A DNA stretch of 64,000 bases from Raillietiella orientalis (taxonomy: Eukaryota): NCBI GenBank assembly GCA_036172245.1, contig JAYWIR010000036.1, positions 1,240,001 through 1,304,000 on the forward strand. The letters are read 5' to 3'. Below, in pieces: positions 39,300 through 52,600 of this stretch. How positions within the stretch are numbered: the first letter of the stretch is position 1; each line of letters starts with the position of its first letter. The notes beneath the pieces are model-generated. The model did not search any database, was not told the origin of the DNA, and was given only the letters and a program-made list of their open reading frames with translations. A program made the translations under genes and the position numbers.

Positions 39300-41422
39300 A
39301 TGATTCGTCCGCGCTTTTCATTTGCCCCCGCTGCCGCTCGTCTACATTCCACCGTTCTCCCGCTCTCCTGAAAGGCGCGTTTATTGAGGGCCCATAAAGA
39401 CCGGAGAAGTCGTAAACGGAGCCAGCGTTCGATGAGGACCTACATCAACCGTTTCCGAAGGGATCGAGTCTTGCGGGCAGCTCTGCAATAGATAAAAAGA
39501 CGTGTATCTCGCCTGGCTCCGCAATCCCTAGCTGCCAACATCCTTCCGGTAACGTGAACAGATCTTGGGGAGGTTGCCGAAACGACCTTTCCCGTGAAGA
39601 TTATCGATTTTCCTCCTGAGATGGACCTGCAGGAGCCGTCTTGTTGGATTGTCTGCACACGTCCTTGCCTGAAACGACGGCGATGCAGCTACATCACCCA
39701 TTGGTTCCATGAGTAAGCTCCACCACCGCTTCTGCAGAGCAGATGGACTGATCCTCCGGCGCATGAGGCGCAAAGGAATGGCGGGGAAACGGACTGGGAA
39801 GAAAATCTTCATTGGTCATGGACGGATAATGGGGAAGCCTCTTAAAGGTTTCCAAACGGCCCTTTCGTGCAGCCATCCTCATACAACGCGATGGGACGAG
39901 TCCGCGAGTTCGTTTCGTGATGCAAATAATCTTTTTTTCTTTTTTTTTCTGGAAGAGCGTTCCATCGGTTCACTGATGTCGCCTGCAAGCAGTCGACATA
40001 AAATCGTGATGCAAATAAATGCTCCTTTTATGGAGTCTTCTTAATGGCCAGATGATGGTTCGCCATATTAGACTGATCTACAGGTGATCATTCCGGTTGT
40101 CTGTTGCGCACTGCTTTCGTCATTGCATTCTCCACTCCTCCTCTTCGGTTGAACCGACTGCTCCTTCCCTCCGAAATTTCAATCATCCTTCAGGATCAAC
40201 AGCCAAAGAACGCCGATCCTTTGTTGTCATCTTGGGAGCATTCATTGCACGGAGGAGCAAACAGTGCGTTTTCCGTAGGATGCAGCAAACATTGCATCCA
40301 GAAGGTGACGCAACAAACACGACATCTCGGAGCCGACGTAACAAACAATTCATTCCGAAGGTGAAGCAACAAGTACTGCATTCCGGGGGGAAAATGCCGA
40401 GTTCCAACTGTATTAGCGCTTCGGTTGCTTCGTCTGCATTTTACAAAAGCTCATTCAAGCAAGATGTACTGATGAATCAGAGCTCAATCTAAGGCTTTGC
40501 TCTCTCCTCGTCCGTCCCTTATTTTTCCTCTCTTTCCGAAAAATTCCCAAAGACCGCAAATCGATGTTGAAGCCATGTTGAAGCCTCTGCAAGCTCTCTT
40601 TTCCCACGAAGCATCGACCCTTTTTACCCCATCTTTCAAACTTCCTCCCCTGCTCCACACCATTTTTCTCTCCCTTTCTACCTGGATGCAAGAGCCTGTG
40701 CTCCTTGTTGGCAATAAGTCCTCTGCGGTGTGTCACGCCTTCTTAGCACCCTCGTAACCGTAAATGCTCCTTCTCTCCCAAACCCATAACATCCCCTCTG
40801 TTTGAAACTTCCTTCTAGGAATGGTCTTCCTCTTCAGATCGAAAAGACGGGGAGTTAACTCCGAAGACGCCTCCACCGTTCGACTGCTTGGACACGGCTC
40901 AGCTTCGCAGCGGCTTCTGTTCGTCAACCACCTGAAGCGTGATCTTTTGCTGTCTTCCGAAAGGAGGACGTCCTCCGCTTTCCCCTCCTGATGAACTCGT
41001 TTATGACTCTACTGCGAAGTCTTTGAGCCTCCTGAGAAGGAGTTGCAGTAGGATTTATTTGCGGACTCTGGAGGACGAAAAGCAGACGCTCGTATCTTAG
41101 CTCTCCAGTGCTGATGGACTTGCCTTCGGTCCTAGACCAGCTCACCGTGACGCTTGAGCCATCTGTCTCGCATGTATATCACTGCTGTTTGGTCTCCGAT
41201 ATCCACTTTAGCAGCTCGGGTAGCAGCTCTGCCACAGGGGAGGCAGGGTCCCCTTTCTTCCTCCCTCTTCCTAAAGATATCCTTGCTGCCACTTGTCCTC
41301 GGGCTTCTTTTTGGGAGGTGTACGATCACCAGGCCGAGTTTCGGAGAACTGTGGAAGGTGAGCTTCTTCATGTGCTCGAGCAGGATCTCGTCAGAGAGGT
41401 TATCTAGAAGATACGTGCTCAT
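39300..41422 (-). pseudogene. Decayed F-box/LRR gene, FBXL18-like, apparently intronless
   Basis: ATG-initiated F-box motif MSTYLLDNLSDEILLEHMKKL at 41422, followed by frameshifted LRR-like fragments (LLRRLRDVVF, LPHYPSMTNEDFL) collinear over ~2.1 kb with many stops and frameshifts. Confidence 0.55.
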
Positions 41423-41699
41423 CTGATAGAGCTTTGTTTTTTTTTTCTTTCTTCCGTTTTTCTTTTTTTCTCTCTCTGATCAAAAGGAGTGGAGCACAAA
41501 CGTTCTAGACCAACAGCATCCTCGTCGCCTTCTGAGAATGGGGTGCAGATTTCCTCCAGCCGCCCTACCCTGCTTCTTTCGATTCTCCAGCTGCGAGACA
41601 GGGGGAGGGAGGGCAGGGAAACGCGAGATGCAGAGACGAAAGGAGGTGCGCGCGTGCTCCCGAAGCGAGGAGAGAATACTGAGCGCATGCGCGCTCGCT

Positions 41700-42038
41700 C
41701 CTCCACTAAAGGAGAACTCGCGCGCGCGGAGAGACCACAACCGCGGAACGCGCCCTGTTGCCGTGGGTACTCGCGTTCGCCGCCGCTCCTCGGGCGTTGT
41801 GAACTTCGCGCGCCCCCCCCCTCCAGGTTGACCCGCTGCAAGTTCGGCAGCCGCACCGTCCCTCCCCCTCTCTGCGCCTCTCCGGTGCCCTCCCAGTGGT
41901 GGTGGTGGTGGTAGTAGTGAGACTGTCCGTAGGATCGCGCTCCACTGCGGTCGGCGCCTCCCACGGACGCGACAGCAGCACAAAGGCGGTGCGCCGAGAC
42001 GCCGCCCGTTCAGGTCAGTGTGACCAGTTCTGTGACCT
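41700..42038 (+). promoter_or_regulatory. Putative promoter / non-coding first exon of the GPCR (candidate donor CAG|GTCAGT at 42013/42014)
   Basis: CpG-dense stretch with no recognisable transposon motifs. The ATG exon at 43591 has a splice acceptor, so an upstream UTR exon is required. Confidence 0.3.
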
Positions 42039-43591
42039 CGGAGGAGGAGGGACCTGCTACGAGAGAGGGGGCGAGGATAGGGAGGGAGAAAGGTGTGCCG
42101 AAGCGGTAGGGCAGCGTTCGCGGACAGCCTGGGCTCAGAACGCAGGCAGATGAAAGCAAGTTCGCGTTCCGGGCGCCGGAGTGCCATCTGATCTGCCAGA
42201 GGGAAGAGGGCTCCGCTCTGGGACACGCTCCCGTGGAGTGAAAGAGGCAGGGACGCGGGGACGACGGCGCCGTTCCCTGCGGGGATGCTTGCTGGCTCCG
42301 GGCCTCACCGCCAGGGGTCGGGAGGCCACCTAGGGTGCCTTTCTGGCTCCTGACCGTGAGGACAGATCTCAGACAGCCTCTCATCTGGGGGATGCCGCTA
42401 GGGGAGTGGGGGTGGCGGAAGCGGCAGGGAGTCCGAGCAAAAAGAGTTCCTCAATGCCCTTGCGGGGTTCTCAGGGACTGCTACGTGGGGAGGTTGGTTC
42501 TCCCGCGTCATTCCCTCGGTCTACGCCTGTCTCCTTCCGAAGGCCGAAAAATGAGCCTCCTCTGCCGCGCGCCGCGTGGGCGAAGACGATCGTATCCATG
42601 GAGAAGGCGTCGACCTCCTTCAGCGGACGGAGCAGGGGCAGGTGGCGAGAAGCCCCCAGATGCGAGGACGCTTAGAGAATCCACGAGGCACGTGATGATG
42701 AGGCTGCAGAGTCCCTGGAGGGCGTCACTTGCGCCGCCGAGCCACGCCGGGCAGGCTGACGCCTTCCGCTGGAATCGGCCGCTCCCGAATGACTCCTGGG
42801 ACGCGGACGAATCCCTGGCGCTTTCCGGCCGCTGCCGGAAAACTGGAGAAGGGTTCCTCGGAACGTTCTCGAAGGCCTCCGTCTGCCGAAAGACCGGGGG
42901 CCGAGGGGCGCAACCAGTGCTGAACTTGGCTAAGCGACCGCGCGACGCGCCCCTCTCTGGGGAAGCGAAAGTGAAAGCGCGGTCGGTCCAGGGGGCACGT
43001 CAGGAACGACCGCCAGAGCTCTCTGCTCCCCTCTTCCCTACAGACCGGGACGAAGAATGCGAAATCGCTCCGATAGCGGCATCCGAATGCCGCGGCGCCC
43101 TCCCGGGGCTGGCGCCGGTTCATCTGATCCAAACGGATCCAAACGGGAAGAGGGAAAGGAAACGTTTTGGTCCTCGGCGTTCTTTCCGGGAACGATCGCG
43201 TGCCTGCGGAAAACAGGAAGGAGCACAAAAGAGGGGCGAATAGCGAGAAGGGAGGAGCCAGCAACCCGTAGAGTTGGTTGCCTGAGCGACGCGTGTCGGA
43301 GTCTGGGGCACGCGCGCGGAGGTGTCCTGGATAAATGGCGTTCCAGAAAGCCACCCTCTGCATGACTGCCGTGCCGTCAGTGGGCGCAGAAGAGGGACCT
43401 ACTCGGTGTTGCAGGGGGCTCATCCCCGACCCTCTGAGGCGGCATGGAGAGGCCGCACGTATTAAGTCAGAGGCTTCGCCGTGACCTCCGGGTATCGCTC
43501 GGGTCCCGCCCCGACCCGCCCTTGCCGTCTCCCCTCCCCCTGGGGGCATCATCTCTCTCCGTCCTCATGAAAGGCGTCTTTCCTTTCCAGC

Positions 43592-43676
43592 ATGCTGACC
43601 GCCGGCCTGCCCATCCTCATCGACTGCCTGCTCTTGCTGAAGGCTTCGTCCGATGTGCTTCTCCCTGAGAACCTCG
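43592..43676 (+). CDS. DH44-R: DH44-R coding exon 1 (signal peptide MLTAGLPILIDCLLLLKASSDVLLPENL)
   Basis: Acceptor tttcctttccag immediately before C-ATG, hydrophobic N-terminus, donor G|GTAAGG in phase 1 matching the next exon. Confidence 0.7.
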
Positions 43677-46600
43677 GTAAGGAGAGATCGCCAGGGGCAT
43701 CCAGGGGGATCGCGTCCGCCGAGGAGGGAAGGAAAAAGCTCCCGGGAGGCGCGGGCGCGCGCGGCGACCCTCCCTCCCGCCCCCGACTTCCCCTAGCGCG
43801 CGCTGCCACGTCGGCGAGGCTTGGGTCGCCCTCTCATCCTCCTCGTGGTCACGGCTGCACTGCACTTCCCGCAGCCACCGGAAACTCCATCGGAAATGCA
43901 GGAAGGACGAGGAGGGAAAGGAGGAATCGAGAGAAGGAAGAACAGGTGGAACGGAGGAATGGAGCGAGGGGAAGAGGATCAGCGAAGCAACGGAGGAAGG
44001 AAGAATGGAGGAGGAAGGATGGGCGAGGTGCAAGCGAATTGAGAGAGGAGGGAGATAGAGCGGGAAAATGGAAGAGGAGGAATGGGGAAGATGAAGTGAG
44101 GAGGAGGAGGGTCACACAGTCAGTGGAAGGAAGGACCAATTCGTGGACGATGCGTGCCTCGGGAGGCTCAGTGTGGCACTCCGGCAAGCTGGTGAAGCTG
44201 CAAGTCTCAAACGCACTCTCTCGTCGGCAGCCACTGCGGCAACCCTTTTTCTCCTGGAGGGTCATCAGGAAGTGGGCGTCTTGTCTCCCTTCCCCTACCG
44301 CCTTCCTCCCGGCACTTTTTTCTGGTGGAATGGCAAAGCGCAGCCACGTCCCTGGGACCAGTAGCTTCGCCTATACACTTGGAAACTGGGCCGATGTTCG
44401 GCCTACGTATGAGGCTTTGCCTTGCCGGTGGGTTCGAATGGGCCTCCCGAACCTCCGCTCCTGAAGGATGTCCTCCGAGAGCAGGACGTCCTCCGGTCGA
44501 GCTTCCGGAATAGCTGAACCGGCGCGCACTTCAGACACCTTTCAGAGCCAAGCAGAAGGACGTCGTGCGGAAGGAACGGAAACGACATCTCTCGGGACTA
44601 ACCACGCCCCTCCCCTTTCTCGTGTCCGCCTCCGAAGATGAAGCACCTCTACTTCCTGCGGATGCATGAGAGCTCCCCCTCGTTCCAGCTGGATGTCAGG
44701 CCCGCAGCGAACAGCAACGGCGGGAGCTCGCGGATGGCACCAGCTCCTTGCCCAATTCGAGAATCCCCACGGAAACAGAGAGTCTTCTCCCGAGGGTTAG
44801 GGAAGCTCTGCCTCTCCCTTGCTGGTTTTCCCGCGCGGGACACACGGCTACAGCGGAGGATGCGGTTGTCCAACTCGGGGCTCTGCGAGGACGTAGGTCC
44901 GCTTGGTTGCGGCAGTGGCCCCCCTACCATTGTTCGCTCTCCTCCCTTGCGACTTCACCAGATCGCCGCTCTTCACGAGAGGTCGCGCGGTCGTCGTCTT
45001 CCTATCTTCGGTCGTCCTCGCAAGGCAGCATTGACGTTCTCCAGATGGCTCTCAGCCGTGGCGGTCGCCTATGCTGCTCTCGGCGTGGGGGGATGCGCCC
45101 GGCACTTCCCCTCGTCAGCCATCTCCCCCTCCGCTCTTCTGGTATACGCCAGAGGCGATCCTACGATGCTCCGCTCGCGGTGAAGGGCGCCGAGCTGAAA
45201 TGCCGGTCGCGCGCCGAGGATTGCGGTGACCGGACCCCCTCCCTCGGTTTCTCCCTCCTTACCCCTCCTTAATCCTTACCCTTTTCCTTCTGTTTGCTTC
45301 AGCTCCCTCGACGTCTCTTGTGTTAGCAGACTCCCCCGCGATGCCCAGCGGCGGAGCCAATCACAGCGATCCCCAGGTGGCATCCCGGTGCCAAGCGCTT
45401 CTTCAGGCCCTTCCACCGCAGCACGGCGTCTACTGCAACGTGACCTTCGACGGGCTGCTGTGCTGGGCCTTCACGCGGGAAAACACCGTCGCTGCGCAAC
45501 CCTGCTTCCCGGAGCTGAACGGCGTGCGCTACGACACGTCAGGTAAATCCTCGCTGCCGTCCCGCGGCAGGTGCCTGGGGACTGAAGGTCGCACAGGTGG
45601 GGGAAGAAGGGGTTGAAAGCTCTTTCTTCCCTCCCTGCTGAGGCGTTCCCGTCGCAAGGAAAGGGGGAGGGGGGCCCCGAGGAACCCGAGGCAGCCAGCA
45701 CGCACGTGGTTCAGGAAGACGGAAGAGGCGGCGCGGGATTCCACCTGAAGGTTCCGGGCCTCACAGAGCCAAAGTGTAAAGGAGCCCTGCGGCGCGGGCG
45801 AACTCCGAAAGAGGGAAGTGCAAGGGAGCAGCCATCGAGGAGGAAGAGGGAGGAGATGTAACCGGCCACGGGCCTCAAGGAAGAGGTTGAGAAGCTGCCT
45901 AGAGAGGCTCCTGGTTCGAGAAGACATGTTCGGGAGGCTCTGCCACCTCTCAGGATGACTCCGGGAAAGATGATGCTCCGGACAGAGAAGATGCGTTGGG
46001 GCGAGGACGCCAGCGGCCAACCCTTACTCTGAGATCTCCAGGAAGAAGCGCATCGCAAAGCAATCTCTTTGGCGGCTTCCGGTTCCAGTCTGCGCATCGC
46101 CTCCATCGACCGCTTCGCGTTCCCTCTTTGTCGCACAGGGCAAAGGGCTCCGGTGGGAAAACTTGGAGAGAAATCCCTTCCGGAGATGTTCCGGACCCCT
46201 GGAGTGGTTCGAAGCCCCCTTGCTCCCCCTTCCACCCCTGTGGGATGCCGTCGGTAGTGTCCTTGGGAGCTCCTTCGAGCTGGGCCGCTCTCCTGGCAGT
46301 CGACTGCGCCCTGTCCGAGGACCGAGCAGCCCAGTCCCTCCAAGGAAGCACTAGAGAGCCATCTCCCGCGCATAGGCAGGACCCCCGGAAGACCTGGAGG
46401 GAGAGGACGACGAGGAAGGACGGAGGCGAGAGGTTCCCTGGCGGTTTCTTGTTGTGGCTCCCCAGGACCGCAGAGCATCCGCTCTTCCGCCCTTTTCTCC
46501 GCTCCGTACGCGGCCGCAAAAAAACGAATCCGGCCCCCGAGGGGCCAGTGGGTCGCGATCCCGGCTCAGCCTCCCTCCTTTCCTGTTCTAGAAAACGCCA

Positions 46601-49600
46601 CGAAACTGTGCGCAGAAGGCGGCACGTGGCAGGAGTTCACCGACTACACGCGGTGCCGCCCCGTCGCGGACTCCACTCTGGACGACCCGGACAACATCCT
46701 GCGGGTGACCTACGTCTACCTGGTGGGGTACACCGTGTCCATGCTGGCGTGCTGCATGGGCATCTTCTGCTTCCTCTACTTCAAGTGAGTCCCACCGCGT
46801 CTCCGCCTCCCCCAGCTCTCGTCCGGAGAATCCGGGAGGAGCGCAGATAAGCGTCCGTTCTCCTCCTCCCTCCCGTCTCAGAAAGAGGCGTGACTCCAAG
46901 GCTTACCGCGCGAAAAGAGGGTAGGTCAACCCTCCGAGCTTTCCTGCGTTCTTGGGAGGGGGCAGACGTTCTCCATATGACCTTCCCCCCTTCCCTTATC
47001 CCCCACGTTTCACACCTTCGACGTATGCAGGAGGGGATACGGGAGCGAAATTCATGCCCCTTCTCTCTCGAGAAGGGGGATCGGAATGGGTGAAAAAAGC
47101 GCCGGCCGATGAGGCGCAGTCTTTAGGAGCCCCACCCCCACGCCCTTCTGGATCCGGGAGGTGATCGCCCTCTCCGGAAGACGAAGCAGGAAGAAGAGCG
47201 TCCACTCCGAAGGCGAAAAGAAGGAGAAGGGGAGGGGAGCTATGGACGGAAATCCCCGTTCTCTCTTTATCCCTCGCTTCCCGGAAAAAGGGGAGGTCGA
47301 ACCTCCCGCCCTTCCAGGCAAAGGCGACTGAGGCTCTTTCTTTGCTCCTCGTCGACCTTTCCTCCTCCTGTTTCCAAGAGACAGGGAGGAGCAGATTGAG
47401 AAGGAGAAGGCGGAGGAGGTCAGTCGGTTTGGAGCGGATGTTGAGGAGGACGAAACGTGCTAGGGACCGTTTCGACCGCAGAAGACGACGTCTCGTGTTG
47501 ATGGCTCTTCTTCTTTCGGCTTCCAGACAACCTGCCCACCGAAGCACCGAGCGTGTCCCGGGCTGCTGCTGAGGGAGTGTCGCACTCCGCTCAGACCCCC
47601 AGCGTGCTCGGACACCCCGCAGTGCGGGGCGACTTCTTCGAAGCACCTCCCTCGGTGTCGCCTCCCGGGAGGCGGAACCGGGAAGCTCGCCGGACTCATT
47701 TCCGAGGCTCACTGCGCCGACTGCACAGCATCTGGTGTCCGGAAGCATCCACCGGGTGGGGGGACGGGTGGGTCACTTTTGCAGGTATCCGCTAATGCGC
47801 TTGAGGGTCTCTCTGCTCCTCCCTCTGAGAGTAGCTTCCGATTCAGCTTTTTTCTCCGGAGCTGACGTTCGACGGGGAGATGCGACGCGTCCTTGCTCTT
47901 TTCGTTGACCCTAGCCGTTCACCTTGGTCTGTCTGGATGACAGCAGCGACCCACCCTCATCCCTGCTGCCCTCCATCGTCACCGTGCTGTGGTGCCAACC
48001 GACTCCTGGCTCTGAGGCTCGTGAACGTTCCGCGGAAGCCGAGCGCTCGTGCCTTTCCCGCCGACGGTGGTCAAAGAAGCGAAACTCGAGCGTTCCAGCT
48101 CGCGGAGGTTCGCGGGACAGCCACGGGTCGCTAATTGCCATGGGCACGCTCCTAGGCAGCCTCCACAGGGACTCCGCTCGTCTTTGCGTGCTGCTGCGTC
48201 CCTCCATTGGCGGAGGCTCCTTGGACTGCTTGCCACGAATATTTCGCCTTTCTTCCCGCTTCTGTCGTCTCCATCGGTCGACACTTCGTGGCTTCGTTGG
48301 CTGGGAACCATCCGGGACGTGAACCGGCTCTTGCCACTGCCGCTGCAACCTTCGCAGCGGTCGTTCCCGGCAGGACGAATAGGGATTAACCTACGAGAAG
48401 GTTCCGGGACGACCGTTGCGAAGGCTGCAGCAACGGTCGTCCCAGCAGGGACTCCCCGGCTGGAGGCTCGGCGGCTCGGTCATACTGGAAGCTGAAGCAG
48501 ACCCTTCCTCTCCGCAGGCAGTCAGAGCCATAAAAGCGTCACGAGCGTGGCTGCTGATGGGAAGGAAAGCGAATTCCCCTCTAGATGAATCTGGTGCTCT
48601 GGGTGCTGCAGTGCCTGACCAGCGCGTAGACACTCGGACCACGCCGATCCGCCCTGCCTCAGCGAGGACACGCGACCCTGCGGAAGCCGAGCGGACGAAT
48701 CGTCGAGCGGTGTCAGCTCGGAGCCATCCGGTTTCTTTCTTCCGGCTCGGCGTGGCAGCAGGGGCAGCAGCAGACGGCATTGGCGGTTGCGCTCGCCCGG
48801 AAGGGGGCGCTGTTTCCCTCCCTCGAAGCGCTGGGCCTCCCGATTCTGAGTCTCCCAGGAGAAGGGCGGATGGCTGGCGGCAGCGCACCTCCGGGCGACG
48901 TCGGAGACGCAGTTCCGACCCTCCGCGAGCTCACAGGTCTACCGGCACGAGCTCGGAAGGGCGTCTAAGGGGAATCGAGGGAGTTCCTTTGACCCCTCTC
49001 CGACACCTGGGTTCGCGCATCCGTCGAAGAGCCTCGGACGAGGGGTCTCCTTCCATCGACCCCACCGGCGTACGGTCGGCCGCCGTCAGCCCTCTCGGGA
49101 CGTTCGGGCGACTCCGAGGCCCCTCGCCCTCCGGAAGGCGATGGCAGTCCACGATATTTCCTGTGGGACACTCGAAGGCCCCGGGCCGGGGATTTTTCCA
49201 GGGGGACCTTTCCCGAGAGCGCCTCGCCGTGCTTAGGGAGCGCTCCTGCGTCCCTCCTTCTCCCTCCTCCCGGAGTCCCGAGTCTTCCTCTCAACGCGAG
49301 CGTTCCTGCCGGCCCCCGATCGTCGAACTCCTGACCGTGGCATTGGCCGAACCGAGGAACCGGAAGTAAACGCAGCAGGCCCCTGCCCGCCCATCGAGTG
49401 AAAGTGCCGCCGCTGCTGCCGCTGCGCCGGCCGGGATGACTATGGGACCCGCCGCTCCGAGAGCATCAATCAGAGCCCCGATCCCTCCGCGAGAGTTTGG
49501 ATTACAAACGCAATTAGGGAGGGCGAGATTTCTCCTCGCCGGAGGGGGGGAAACGACGGCGTCGTTGGCGCGGATTCGATTCGTGGGGGGACGCAGGAGG

Positions 49601-52600
49601 CTGCTCTCGTTCCCTGCGTCTCCCCAAGGAAGAATAAGGCTCCCTCCCCTCCCCCGCTTTTTCCCGGGAGCGCTGAGGGGCATGTCGGGAGGCTCCGCAG
49701 CGCGCTGCCAATAGAGAGAGGGGAAAAAGCGCCGATCCGAGGCGGTACCACGTGCGTGAGAACCATCGGATGCTCTTCCTCGCCCACAGCCCTCAAGGGG
49801 GACGGGTCCACGGAGGGTAGGGGTCGACCGGGAACGCCGCTCCCTGCCTCTCGGTCGGGAGGGACGTCGTCGTCAAAGGGCGTCGTTGCTTCCAACGCAC
49901 TGATCTCTGGCGGCGATCATCCCCTCCGGCGCCATGCAGACTGGCAGGGGCAGGGGAGAGCCAGATGAGACCCTCCTCGAAGCGGCCTTCCTACCCGCGG
50001 AGCCATGCGATCCGGGAGAGAAAGAAGTCAGGTGGCCTTTGAATTTCCCTCTTCCTCCTCCTTCTCCTGCAAGAAAAGGACAGCATCTGGAAGAAGAAAG
50101 CGTTTCTGGTGCCAGACAACCTGCCCAGAGTTCTGCTTCCCAGACAGAAGGCAGAGAGAAGAACAGGCGTTGTTTTGTGGAATGGGACCGTGGAGGTGGA
50201 GCTCGCCTCCTCCGCGACGCGAGAGCGCCCGGCTGCCCGAGCACGCTGATCGATCGGCACGCGCCACTGACCTTGACATCCGTGACCCACGCGAAGGGAT
50301 GGTCCGCCAGCGAGCCCCGGCGGCGCTCGCGACACGCTCATCGCACTGACACCGCACTTTTGCAGGACGGCTTCCTCAGGGCGTGATCGGGAAGTCGTCG
50401 TTGCAGCTCTTCTGTCGCACTTCCCTTAGGGGGAAAGCCCTCGTCTCTTCATCGTGCACTGCTACGATTCCCCGGACGATCGTCTTCTGTTCTCCCTACT
50501 CTCTGCTCTTCGTCCTGATAGGCAGTACCTCTCCCAGCTGGATCCCAGGAAAGACTCTCAAGCCGAAACGGAGCGATCCCCGACCCACGAGAGGAACTTC
50601 TGAACAGCGTGTCTCTGCCACTGCAGACGGCGGTCCCAGGGGGTCTTCCGCTCCGGATTTGGTGCTGTGAGTAGACAGGGGAAATCCCGCCGTTCATCTG
50701 GAGATGGAGCCGAGGAGAAAGGAAGGCACCCGTCTGCGTGAGACTGAGGTGTAGCACTAACGATGCTCCCACCCTTCTTTCTTTCTGCTTCCTCCCATCC
50801 CCCCACCCTACCCTCTAAAAAAACACACACACACACACACAAACAGAGAGAGAGAGACGAGAGGAATTTTTTCCCCTCGGTGGTGGAGGAAGAAAGTGCG
50901 TTCCACCACCACCTCAAGGCAAGAAAGAAGTCAGGGTCACCACCTCTACTCTGTTCGCGACCTCCTCGTGAAAAGTAAGGGGGAGGGGCATCGCCCATTC
51001 GCTTGCTCGATGGATGTTCACGGCGTTCGGACTGAACACGCAGTCGCGCTCTTTCGGGGCTCCCGCCACCTCTCTGCGGCCGGAGCGCGTTATTACCCGG
51101 TACCGGGGGAGCAAACACGGCGCCAACAGCCTCCGATGGGGCTCTGTCGACGCCATCTTGGAAAGCCGCTCCAAGCACGCGCGCATGAGAGAGAGAGAGA
51201 ATTTCATGATCCCTGGGGTGGGTGGTGGTCTCGCCCTTCGCCTTCGACAGGCCCTTCTCGGACTTTTCCTCCGACCGCACGGGTGGGGAACGGCACGGAA
51301 ACAGACCGCCCGTTCCCGAAGGAACGCGTCGCTTTGACGAAAATACCATCCCATGGATCATCATTAGCCGTTCCGCACTTCCATGACCAGAAGCCATTAG
51401 GGAGGCTAAGCATAACTGATTGCCATTCCTCGCAGAGACGTGCATATCGTGAAAGGCGCGCGAACTGCATGATGGATGCAGAGGAGTGCTCCTCCGCGTC
51501 ATCGAGAGCGATCCCCTCAACCTGCGCCTTGCGCTGGATAACGACTTTGGCGTCCGCTTGATTTGTTCGACAAAGAGGGCGCGCGAGAGCAGCCCAGAGC
51601 CAACCTCTCTCTTCCGTAGGGAGCTCCATTGCTTGAGGAACACGATACACACCAACCTGCTGGTGACGTACGCCCTGTCCAGCTTGTTTTGGATCGTACC
51701 GAACATCATACAGGTAAGGCTTTCCAAGGAGAAGAGGAGGAGGGGGGGAGAACGCCCTCCAGAGAGCGAGAGCGCTGTGTTTTCGGATGGTGAACTTTCG
51801 TGACTGGACGCCTCGAGCCGTTCTCGCCTGGAACTCCAGGGAGTATGGGGTGAAGATGACGTGGTTCGATGACGTGCTGGACCTCTGGTTTTTCCTGCTT
51901 AGCAGCCGGAACCGCTGTACATGGGGGAGGCGCGTGCTCGTCCGGACGGTTGTCGCCGGTTTCCCGGTGGCTCGCTGCACTCCTGCTGCGGTCGCGTCGC
52001 GGCCGACGACGACGGTCACGGCTTTCCATTTCTGGTCGCTCGTGCACCCTCATTAAATCCTCCCCGGAGAATTGGCATCTCTTCCCTCGCTTGCTCCGAA
52101 AAAGAACGCGGTGGTCTGGGGCCCGCTGTTGATGATGGCATCCGCCCCCGCATTCCCCACATTCTTGAATGCGAGGACTACCAGCGTCCTCATGCACACC
52201 TCACCGGTCTTCCGCTGCGAACGCACGGGATCTCCGCGCCCGCCCACCCTCACCTCCTCCTGCATGCCAGCCACGCACTGCCGCCACACTCATGCTATCC
52301 AGAAAGCGGTAACCACTGGCAGCGCCAACAAAACCAGTGATGCTGCAAAATCAGGCCGCCAAAGTGGACGCTTACCAGAGGGGAGCTGAGATGCTCTCAC
52401 TGGTCCATGAGCTCCTAAGGCACCTCAATCCAAGCCGGTCCGTGAGGCTGTGCGCAGCCTCCTCGAATCCGGAAGCTCCGCTTCTGCATTAGCCTGATGG
52501 CGTGGACCCCTCTTTGCCGACGCCGTCGCTCGCACCCGGTCATTCTGGAGGTGTTCCAGAGCAGGGTGTTTCGCGTTTGCGTGCATGACCGATGTCCTGA

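Noticed and set aside
50558..51727. Longest ORFs in the track (389 aa here; also 48416-49369, 42335-43243 and 62393-63466)
   Set aside because: Arg/Ser/Pro/Gly-rich shadows of GC-rich DNA with no domain motifs. They cross microsatellites or lie antisense to real exons.
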